This document shows, in pieces, positions 1-10,038 of a stretch of DNA of 64,000 bases. The notes under the pieces are model-generated. The model worked only from the letters and a program-made list of their open reading frames with translations, was not told where the DNA came from and searched no databases. The DNA is taken from contig OX597827.1 of NCBI GenBank assembly GCA_951406725.2, positions 81,406,001 to 81,470,000 of the forward strand, read 5' to 3'. Numbering within the stretch: the first letter of the stretch is position 1; each line of letters opens with the position of its first letter. The DNA is from Octopus vulgaris. Taxonomy: Eukaryota. The position numbers and the translations under genes were made by a program.

Positions 1-655
1 AAAGAGTAAATTTATTCAATAAAATTGCCATTGGCTTTAACCATGGCCTCCAGATGACTTTGGAATCTCTTGCAACTCTTCAGGGCGGTCTCCTTGTTTA
101 AGTTGGTGAATGCTGCCATAATCCTTGCCTTCAGTTCTTCTTTGGTGTTACAAGGAGTTTACTTGGTCTCTCGCTCAACTGTGCCCCACACATAATTATC
201 AAGGGGGTTGCAGTGTGGGAAGTTAGGTGGCCAGATGTTAGGGGTGGTGTGGTTGCAGAAATTGTCTGACAGCCATGACTGGGTTCTTCTGCTTGTGTGG
301 TATGGTGCAACCATCCTCTTGACCCAGGGCAGCACTCCCTCCTCCAGGCACTTGATGTCGGCCTCTGTGTTGAGTCTGAAGGCATGTGGGAAGACGATTG
401 GAGGCATAACATCCCCATCACTAGTGATTACTCCAAACACCATGATGTTGGCTGGATTTTATCACTCTTGGTACATGTCCTCAGATTCACACCCAAACAC
501 TCTGAAATGTCCATACTGGAGTCTCTGGCATAACTGCTAAGCAGTAAAGCATGTCGTTTACAAATTTCTGGCAGAGTAACTTGTGTCATGGTGGTGTTTT
601 TCTCATGAGACGGTGCCCAACTGATCCTACTATACTGTGTAGTTGACAAATTCAA
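1..655 (-). mobile_element. Decayed Tc1/mariner-superfamily (DD37D/maT-like) transposase remnant
   Basis: Minus-strand ORF 159-443 reads MVFGVITSDG...APYHTSRRTQSWL...WPPNFPHCNPLDNYVWG, matching the WPPxSPDLNPxD-type catalytic segment of IS630-Tc1-mariner transposases. The reading frame is broken. Confidence 0.8.
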
Positions 656-744
656 AAACCATGTGCATGTGTGTAATTAAAAATATAATATAGCAACAAT
701 TTACCCATTCCAGCCTCTGTTTGACTCTGTGTGTGTGTGTATTA

Positions 745-968
745 CAAATGACACAAAGGGAAAATGGAATTCATGAGATTGCTTATTAATCATAATAAAT
801 ATTTCAACACATTTTGCATTTGTCCTTTGCTGGTGAGATTTGGAATGACTGGTTGGGGTACATCATTTGCTGCACCGCATGATTCAAAGAACCAGTGCAA
901 GATTGGTCGAAATCATTATTGTGATTAACAAAAATCTCATGAATTCTATTTTCCCCTTCCCTCATTTG
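745..968. mobile_element. MITE-like palindromic element
   Basis: caaatgacacaaagggaaaatggaattcatgagatt... (from 745) is an imperfect reverse complement of ...aatctcatgaattctattttccccttccctcatttg (to 968). The arms extend about 85 bp. No ORF. Confidence 0.6.
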
Positions 969-1101
969 TTATATACTGGATGGAGATAAAGGAATTCCTG
1001 AAGAAAATCCAGTGGCACTAATAACCAAACTGTTGCTGACATCAGATAGCCAAAGACAGTGAACATGCTTTAAATAGCATACTACAAGATGTACACACAA
1101 G

Positions 1102-1150
<49 letters not shown>

Positions 1151-1165
1151 TGTCATATAGTGTAC

Positions 1166-1198
<33 letters not shown>

Positions 1199-1494
1199 TT
1201 GATATTTATATGGAATTATATAGGTCATAATAGGTCAGGAGGTATGAGAGGTGAATATATTTATGTAACCACTTGATATCTTATGTCTGAGAGGAAATCT
1301 GAGCACTTTCATACACATCCACGCAAAGGAGTCTCTACCAGCCTACTTCACTCAAAAGGTTTCGGTCAGAATTTATGTTTATTTATGTATGTACATCCAT
1401 ATATACAAGTAGAAATATAGACATACATACAGAAATACACACAAATACATGTATATTGAAATTTATATTTAACTACCCTGTATTAACACATATA

Positions 1495-2715
1495 ATTATC
1501 CTATTTTGTATATCTATATACAACACACTCATTTCACAACACAACCGATTGTTACAACAACAATTACACAACACTCCATTGTTATACTATAAACCATAGA
1601 ACTACAAACTGTGTATATTTACACAGCACACAGTCTATACACAGCTCTTATGACACACACACATCACTGCAGTATGTGTGTAGAAGCATTGTGTGTGTGT
1701 GTGTGTGCAGCAGACTACAGCAGCAGAAACAACAGCAGCAGTAGTTACAGCCTGAGATCCACATCTCTACTACCACACACACACACACACAGAGTGACAC
1801 ACCACTAGACACTCCCTCACACACTGCCACACTGATTATGGATGAGACAATGGAGGTAAGTCTACATCTATCTTCTTTCATTTCCCATCTTTCCTCTTTA
1901 ATATCATGTGAAAATATATAAGAGACAAGAGAACACCAAAGGGACATTCAGAGAAACACCCTTATATCACTCACAAATATCAGCAAATGTTTTACTCACA
2001 ACATACAACTTCACTGGGCAAAATACTAACTATTATTATTATTATTATTATTATTATTACATTATTTAATAATCCAGTGTCATTTCACAAATATTCTGGT
2101 TCTATATTGATAGAGTTTATAATAATTGTTATTGTTTTAGTCTCCTATGTTGTGGGTTAGGTGAAATTAGATGCAAAGTTTGTCTCACTAAATCTTATTT
2201 CTCACAGGAAATCTCCATTTTGTCTTCACAACATTCCGTCTCTTCTCTTTAGCCAGATTATTTCATTTGTAGATTTCCTGCAGACACTCTAACAATATAT
2301 CATTATATTCCCAGAAATATTTCTTACTTAATATTTCTCTATTCATTTTATCATATCACAATGTATAAATGATGTTCTAAAAGCATTTATAGAAACGATT
2401 TAACGAAGGAGGTCTTCATAATGAATCTATAATCACAGAGTAGCAGATATCGTTCTGATGTCAGACATGGTTGTTTGAGGGATTGTGTGAGCAATTTGTT
2501 GTGGAAAATATATTTTAGTGTCAAAGTGAAAACAACAAGACATAGAGATACAAGTGGATCTTTTTTTTCTGTGGTGTGTGTGGATTAGTAATATTGAAAA
2601 TAATAATAATATTAATAATGATAGCCATTTGTTAGACACATTGTTGTATATTGTGAATAGCAGCAGACATTTTGCTGTTATACAGAGTCATTTGGTGATT
2701 AAATTTCTCACATAA
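1495..2715 (+). promoter_or_regulatory. Conserved promoter / exon 1 / proximal intron 1 block of protocadherin copy 1
   Basis: A near-identical ~1.2-kb block precedes each of the five protocadherin exons. It has TATAAA at 1588-1593 and a splice donor after ATGGATGAGACAATGGAG (exon end 1855, GTAAGT). Confidence 0.65.
1620..1855 (+). other. Putative 5' leader exon 1 of copy 1 (start approximate)
   Basis: Ends at GAG|GTAAGT, identical in all five copies. Contains an upstream ATG at 1838. The transcription start is inferred from the TATA position only. Confidence 0.6.
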
Positions 2716-3371
2716 ATATATATATATATATCTGTGTTTGGTTCTGTCAGTATTTATTGTTTAAGATATTGTTCAGTGTATATATTAACATTTCAGCATG
2801 ACCTATACGTTGTATATTGTTAACTTAGTGTATAATCACTGGTGTATACATTTTTAAACATGGCTATATAATGATGAGGAATCTTGTTAGTTGAAGCCTT
2901 TTTTTTTCCTGTTGTTTTTTGATGATCAAATTTCGTATATACCCTTTGTAATCTTGCAGAAAATATAGATTTTTTTGTGAATCCCAAAGTGTATATTTGG
3001 AGTTTATTGTGTATTGGAGTGTATAAATTCACAGAATAGCTTGCAGTATAGAAAGCATATTTTCTGTTTAATGCTTAATACAAAGTGTATATATTTTGTA
3101 CATGATTATGTCATAGAGATCCAAAACTACACATACATACATAGACATACATACATATGTATGTACGTATGTATGTATGTATGTATTTAAATATACAACT
3201 GTGTACATATCATTCACCATCCAACTCCTTCATCTCCCATCTACACATCATGGTCAAGGAATTGTTACAAATCAATTATTTAAAAAGCTAGTTCTCTCTT
3301 TCTTTCTCTCTTCCTCTCTTATTTCCATAACATGGAAGACAATATTGTTGTTATGTTTCAATATATTTTAG

Positions 3372-3541
3372 TGTCACTCCTACTGGAAGGGACCAACACA
3401 CTGAAGCCCAGCTATGTTGCTATTGGATACAGGGGACAACTGACAGATTCTTCTGTACTCATAAAAAATGGGATGACTTTAAGTTATTAACTTGAAGAAA
3501 TCCTGTCTTTTAATTTGGATGTTGAAGCATTCCTACTTTCG
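3372..3541 (+). other. Putative 5' leader exon 2 of copy 1
   Basis: ~170-nt island conserved in all five copies amid diverged intron, bounded by ttttAG and G|GTAAG. Confidence 0.7.
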
Positions 3542-4049
3542 GTAAGCTTTTTTTCATTTCTGGACAGAATTTTTACTGAGAAATTGTCGTGAAAATTTTT
3601 AATCAATTTTTGTCTTAATACAGATTTCAATGTATTTTTTTCTTGAAAGGAATTTAAAATTTTCCCTTGAACTCGAGAATAAATTATTTTAATGATACAT
3701 AATACATTATTCTCCATTTGATGTATCCTACTTATTATGCAATTCAGTATTCAAACACATATTACATAATATCGCACTAACCGACAGTAATCAATGTCTT
3801 AGGTAAAAAAATATAGCAACATTATTTATCTTTAAGACACTAAAAAGCATAAACTTATTATTATGTATGTATGTATATTTACAGAGAGAGAGGGGGAAGA
3901 AACGAGAGATAGAAGTAGTAACAGTAGTAGTAGAATCTGAGCAAAATCACTATCATGGCAGATACCAGTGTCACATGAATTGGCACCCATGCCAGTGGCA
4001 CGTTAACAAACCCCGTTGTAACAGAAATGGCATCCATGGCAGTGGCACA

Positions 4050-4240
4050 TAAAAGCATCCTTTAAAATCTCGGAGTGGTTGGCGTTAGGAAGAGCCTCAA
4101 GCCATAGAAAACCATGTTAAATCAGACTGGAGTCTGGTGCAGCCTTCCAGCTTCCCAGCCCAGATCAAACTGTACAACTCACATTATGATGGACAATGGA
4201 CATTAAATGAATAACAATAATGATGATGATGATGATGCTG
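4050..4240 (+). mobile_element. Dispersed repeat: 3' end of an RTE-LINE family or derived SINE with (GAT)n tail
   Basis: The motif gtggttggcgttaggaag..gcatccagc...ccaacccatgccagcatgg...(gat)n recurs at about 12700, 13970, 14800, 15230(-), 18170, 26065, 48225, 51260(-) and 56560(-). It follows RTE coding fragments at several of these sites. Confidence 0.65.
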
Positions 4241-4494
4241 ATAATAATAATAACAATGATAATGATAATAATAATAATGATGATGATGATAAGAAGAAGG
4301 AGGAGGAGGAGGAGAAGAAGAAGCTTCTTGTGATTAGTTTGTAATGAAGGTCCTTTTTTAAGTAAAATCTAATTGACAAATATTAAGAAAAAGATATCAC
4401 ATACCATGATAATTAAGATGCAGTAATTTTGATAACTTAAATTCCTAGATAACATTATTTGAAACTGGAGCGAGTAATTAAAGCTTTATATTCA

Positions 4495-4526
<32 letters not shown>

Positions 4527-4712
4527 CGCATCTGTGTCTGTATCTATTTCCTTATCTAACTTTTTATACATACACACATAGATAATTAAATAAATACAGT
4601 AAGAAAGAGAAATCGAATGATCGAAATGATGAAAGCAAGAGAGAGAGAGAGAGAGAGAGAGGGGGGTAGATAGAAAGAGAGATACATAAATAGATAGGTA
4701 GATAGATAGATA

Positions 4713-4920
4713 CATTTTTTCACGCTCAGAGTTGCTGAAGCATGGAACAAACTGCCTGCGTCAGTTGTTGACTGCCATGACACTGCATCCTTTAAGGCCC
4801 TCATGCTTTCCGAAATGCGCCGAAACTACAACTGATTATATATACACTTTAGATGTATTTAGGTGCATTGTAGTGCACCTGAGCACTGTACACAATGTTT
4901 ATTATTATTATTATTATTAT
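4713..4920 (+). mobile_element. 5'-truncated CR1/L2-like LINE 3' end with (ATT)n tail
   Basis: Encodes FFTLRVAEAWNKLPASVV, typical of the CR1-group ORF2 C-terminus. A related copy lies at 53330-53783. Confidence 0.65.
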
Positions 4921-5322
4921 AGATACATACATACACAGATAGCCTGATAGACAAATGTTGAAACGCAAAATAAAGAGAGAGGGACAAGCACAAGTGTCTT
5001 ATTAAAGACGACATAGATAAGTGAAGGAGATAAAAGGAAGTTAGAGCTGGTTTGCTTGAATAAATTCTCAAGGAATAAGAAGTTTAGCATAAGAGAAGGG
5101 ACAGACAGACAGACAGATAGATAGATATCAGCATTATCATCATAAAAGTTGGTGTTGAACTTAACAGTGAAGAGATAGTCATTAACTCATCCAGAGTAAC
5201 ATATCCACTTTTCTGTATTTTCATGGACAGGTTAGTTAATAGAGAGACATAAGGGATTTCTATATTTTCCAGACCATATTATTATATTGTAACACACCTC
5301 TCCAGGTTATGTCAAAAATAAT

Positions 5323-5372
5323 AAGGGAGACAATTATTCATTGTAAGTGCCATAAATACAGTTACCTCCCGT
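5323..5372. promoter_or_regulatory. Conserved intron-2 element aaGGGAGA(T/C)AA...GTTA(C/T)CTCCC
   Basis: Found once in intron 2 of every copy (5323, 17407, 29756, 42229, 52955) despite diverged surroundings. Its two ends form an imperfect inverted repeat. Confidence 0.5.
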
Positions 5373-5745
5373 TCCCATTTCGTGCAAAATTCTCATCACT
5401 CATCTTGTTTTCTTTACTTTTAAACAAATTAAATCATTGGTTTTATATTCATCTGTAAACGCATGTAGCATTTTATTTGTAATAAGTAAAATTGCTTTGA
5501 TTGTGATATCCAGAAATGGTTCTCTTGACAATATTTATTTAACAATGCTATGACATACACTAAGACATGTCATAAATGTTCACTCCTTTCTTTCGACTTT
5601 ACCATAATAGTTTTGAAATTTTAAACAATTTCAACAAAAGATTCTTTCTAAAACCTCAACATTTCAGTGAAATATTTCAATAAAAATATTCCATTTTCTT
5701 CTTTAATTTCAGATAAAACCACGAGATATGATTTAACATTCTGTG

Positions 5746-8169
5746 ATGGAAGTAGGCTGTGTGTGGAATACATACTTACTTGCAAATGTCCTCAATCTAT
5801 TACTACACAGTTGTGTCTGTGTAGATCTGAGCTATCATGTAGAAGAAGAAAGCAGTCCCTTTACTTTTGTTGGGGATATTGCTGCTGACACACAGATGGA
5901 AGAAACGGACTCTATTGTGGGAAATAACTTCATCACATACAACCAAATACAGAGACAAAGAACAGGAAATTCACATTTGTTTAACGTCACACAAGATGGT
6001 AAATTGTACACGGCTCAAACATTGGATGCAGAGAAACTGTGTACATACGAATCAGAGTGTGTTAGATTTATCAAAGTTGCTGTACGTAAAAGGAAGACAT
6101 TTTTGAAAATCATTAAAATTAAAGTAATTATAGAAGACATTAATGATCACAGCCCTGAGTTTCCTCAGAGTGAGATAAATCTGACATTTGGTGAGCGTGA
6201 TGGAGAAGGTGCTGAAGGATTAATTCCAGATGCCATTGACAAAGATATTGGAATGGAAAACTCTGAAATTACATATAAATTGAAGAAACAATTTAGTGAT
6301 CCATTTATATTGTCTGTGAGGAAAACTATCACTGGAGGGGCAAAGATAGGAATTATTCTTGGAGACAAACTAGACAGAGAAATACAAGATAGTTACAATC
6401 TAGAAGTGATAGCTAATGATGGAGGGCAACCTTCAAAAGAAGGAATTTTACAAGTTCATATAAAAATAATTGATGTGAATGATAACTCACCAGTTTTTTC
6501 AAAACATATTTACAATATTTCCATCAAAAATACACATCCTAACAACAACCCTATTTTGACATTGTCTGCAAAAGACCCAGATTCTGGCAATAATGGTAAA
6601 GTGTCTTATTTTATGAGTTCAAAAACACCAGAACGCACAAGACAGTATTTCAGACTGAACCAACAGACTGGGGAATTATTTGTAGAAAAACCATTAACAT
6701 CACAAACAAAGAATATTCTCAAGATGTATGTGGAGGCCAAAGATGGAGGGAATCCTTCTTTAAATTCTTTTGCCATTGTACGGGTGAATATTCTCAATGA
6801 AAAGAACCATCCTCCTGAAATTGATATAGATTTTGTGTCTGAATTGAAGAAGGGCACTGCAGCTATTTACGAAGGGACAAAAGTGGGCAGTTATCTAGCT
6901 TATGTGAATGTGGTGGACAATGATTTTGGAGCAAATGGAGAAGTGAGTTGTAAATTAGAACATGATAAAGTTGTCCTCTCACATTTAGGATCAAAGGAAT
7001 ACAAGATTACTCTGCAGAAATCCCTTGACAGAGAAACATTAGACCATTTTAACATGAGAATTGTGTGTGAAGACAATGGAAGCCCTGCTTTAAAGACGGA
7101 GAGAAAGATCTCAATCCAAGTAATGGATGTGAACGATGTGCAACCGCAATTTACCAAAGATACATTCCACTTCCTCACCTATGAGAATGGTAAAGCAAAC
7201 TTTCCTATAGGTTTTATCAATGCCACTGACCCAGACCTGGCAAGTGCTGGTCAACTGACGTTCTCACTGTTGAGTAAAGACAGAAATAACATACCGTTCC
7301 AGGTGAGTGATTATGGTTTTATTACCAGCAACATACCATTGGACAGAGAAGAAGAAGACATGTATAAGTTTGAGGTTTTTGTCAAAGACAATGGTAAACC
7401 GTCGTTGAATAACACAGCGAATGTTGTTGTTGAGGTTTTAGACAGAAACGACAATAATCCATATTTCATCTACCCTACAACTGACCCTTTCCATATCAAT
7501 GTCCACTACCGCCCGCAAAGTACCAATGCCATCACTGTGATTAGAGCGTCTGACAGAGACAGTCATTTAAATGCGTTCCTCAACTATGGAATACTTGACG
7601 GTAACAATAAACGCTTGTTTACACTCAACTCTTTAACTGGTCAAATGTCTTTCTCGCGTGCACCTCATCTCAACGATGCTGGCTCATACGAACTGGTGCT
7701 TGTGGTCAAGGATTCTGGAAGCCCAGTGTTGTCAGCCACAACTACTGTGTCTTTGTCATTAAGGGTCACTAACAAGACATCAGCACCGATGCCGACTGTC
7801 CACTTAGAGAAGAACAGAACACTGGACGTACCATTATTGATTATCCTTGTAGTAGCAGCTGTAATAGTAGCTGTGGTGATTGTAGTGTCGATCACACTGT
7901 GTATTGTGAAATGTAGCAGTGGTCAGTCTCGCTCTGCCAAGAGCACTAGGAAAGGTGTTAATAGGTCAGCTATATGTAACAGAATTGATCAACCTTTACC
8001 GTGTCAGAGCAGCAGTATTCCTGGTACCCCAGTGAGGTACTCTTCAGAGATGAATAATAGAAACATGCCATTTGTGGAATGTAAGGAAGATTTCTACCCG
8101 CAGTATGAGTCTCAGATTGATTGGTCAAACGTGGGTACCCTGGAGAAGAGTCCACCCAATACAATATTG
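5746..8169 (+). CDS. Protocadherin copy 1, main coding exon (signal peptide, EC1-EC6, TM, cytoplasmic region)
   Basis: 808 open codons from ATG 5746 (the ORF track starts at the preceding GTG). Cadherin motifs DINDHSPEF, LDRE, DVNDNSPVF, AxDxD and DRNDNNP; EC1 C-X5-C; hydrophobic TM VPLLIILVVAAVIVAVVIVVSITLCIV. Acceptor ttcAG at 5711-5712; phase-0 donor TTG|GTAAGT. Confidence 0.95.
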
Positions 8170-8829
8170 GTAAGTATGAGATTATGAAATTCTTCCTTAA
8201 TTCTCTAACAGACATATCACTCTTCAGATATCGTTTGTAATTAATGTATATCTTATATTATAATGAATGTATGTAATTAACATGTTTGGACCCCATTTGC
8301 TCTCCTATCATCTCTGTTCCATCAACTGCCATCGACATTTTCATAGCTGTGAATAAAGAATTAGGATATACAAGAGTGGGGGACATTCCAATATTTAGGG
8401 TTCCGGGCAACACCATTCCAGTTGGTGCCAGTTCAAGTAAATAGGGACTTGGTGTGTAGAGATTTCTTCTTTTGAGTTTGAGTCGTAAGAATCTTTGTAA
8501 TGTTGGTCTTTGACAGAAACACCCCCAATATACCCTGCAAAGTGGTTGCTGCTATAAAGAGTATCCAACCATACAAACTTTACAAGAACTGAGAATTCTC
8601 TGAGAGATATGGACTTTTGACCCGACTGACACTAGAGGAATCTCTTGAAAATAATTGCTTTGGTGTTTGTTGACCTGTTCAGCCCCATGACAAGATGGAA
8701 AGCAGTCATGTGAAGATGATGGTTATGATGATGATGATGGTGATGATGGCAGTGGAGGTGTTGTTAGTGGCTGTGGTAGAGCATCAATGAGATTGAGAAT
8801 GTACTCGTATTGGTCAAGAATATTGTCCA

Positions 8830-9115
8830 CCATACAACTGGTCAAGCATAATACCATTCGTATGCTGTTCAGGCTTAATTTCATGCACTGACCAGACTTA
8901 ATGGCTGTCATATTTGTCAGACGTAATGATGTCATACATTTGGTTAGACATAATATCTCCCATACATTTGGTCAGTTATAACTGGTCTGTCATACGTTAC
9001 TCAGTCACTATATCGGTCATACATTTGGTCAGAAACAATTTACGTTATACATTGACCTCACAAAATGTTTCATAAATTTTCTCAGACAATAGTGTCATAC
9101 ATTTGATCAAACATG
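8830..9115. repeat. Degenerate ~28-nt tandem repeat (gtcatacatttggtcagaca core) upstream of the terminal exon
   Basis: The core recurs several times here and at the equivalent position in copies 2-4. Confidence 0.55.
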
Positions 9116-9169
9116 TTTTTCTCAATGTTCTCTTGAATTGTTTCTGTTTTTTTTTCTTTTCCTTTCCAG

Positions 9170-9193
9170 TTACCAACAAGAATTAAAAAATAA
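9170..9193 (+). CDS. Protocadherin copy 1 terminal micro-exon, coding part (LPTRIKK*)
   Basis: Long polypyrimidine tract plus ccAG. Phase 0 matches the upstream donor. The same peptide occurs in all five copies. Confidence 0.85.
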   Translation, partial: LPTRIKK

Positions 9194-9774
9194 AAGCATG
9201 TCTCAGCCACAGAAATGTAATGTTACACAGACAAACCTTGGAAATTTTCTGACAGGATCTTACCATTCCGGAACATTTCATGGAGACAGAGAGACATACA
9301 TACACACACAAACACGCACACACTGTATACATGCAAGCATACATATACATACATTGACATACACTGTAGACAGAGTTACATACACATATACGCGCACACA
9401 TGCCCACACTCTCAAACACACACACACACACAAACAAACACAACCATATCTAGATATGTAAATATTGACCAATGTGAATGAGTGATCAACACTGCATTGC
9501 TAAACAAATAAAATACACACACACACATATATAAATAAGAATGTATGTATGTATACAAATAATGTTTGATTATTTGTTTACACTCCCTTTTAAGATGAGG
9601 CACAGATACATAAACTTGCGTACATACACGTGCATGTATACATTCACAGAGAGGAACCGAGAGAAATGAAGTGAGAGAGAAATGCTAAACCATTCCATAA
9701 TGATATTTCACCAATTCTATAAAGAATTACATTACTTTATATCAATATTGAAAGATTGTGGAGTGGGACCGTAC

Positions 9775-10038
9775 GTATGGTGTGTGTGCTTGCGTGTATG
9801 TGTGTATGTATGTATGTATGTGCGCATGTATGTATGTAGGTATGTGTGCATGTATGTATGTATGTATGTATGTGTGCATATATGTATGTATGTATGTATG
9901 TATGTGTGTATGTATGTATGTACGTATGTATGTATGCATGTATGTATGCATGTATCTATGCATGCATGTATGTATGTATGTATGTATGCATGTATGTGTG
10001 CATATATGTATGTATGTATGTATGTGTGCATGTATGTA
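9775..10038. repeat. (TATG)n compound microsatellite
   Basis: Seen directly. The equivalent tract is at about 23826-24066. Confidence 0.95.

Noticed and set aside
1599-1610. gaACTACAa as a ZNF143/THAP11-type promoter motif
   Set aside because: Only the short half-site is present and the TTCCCA part is missing, so it is too weak to call.
5743-5745. GTG start used by the ORF track (MMEVG...)
   Set aside because: This is a eukaryotic gene, and the adjacent ATG at 5746 is the plausible initiator.
8170-8187. C-terminus VSMRL* (and the longer tail of ORF 53986-56529)
   Set aside because: It begins at a perfect GTAAGT donor and is not conserved in copy 5. Treated as intron, though intron retention is not excluded.
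6165-8215. Antisense and alternate-frame ORFs repeated in every protocadherin exon
   Set aside because: These are shadows of the conserved sense CDS and recur only because the exons are near-identical.
9138-9461. Longer terminal-exon reading YQQELKNKSMSQPQ...
   Set aside because: It is the wrong phase for the upstream donor, and the copy 5 substitutions are synonymous only in the LPTRIKK frame.
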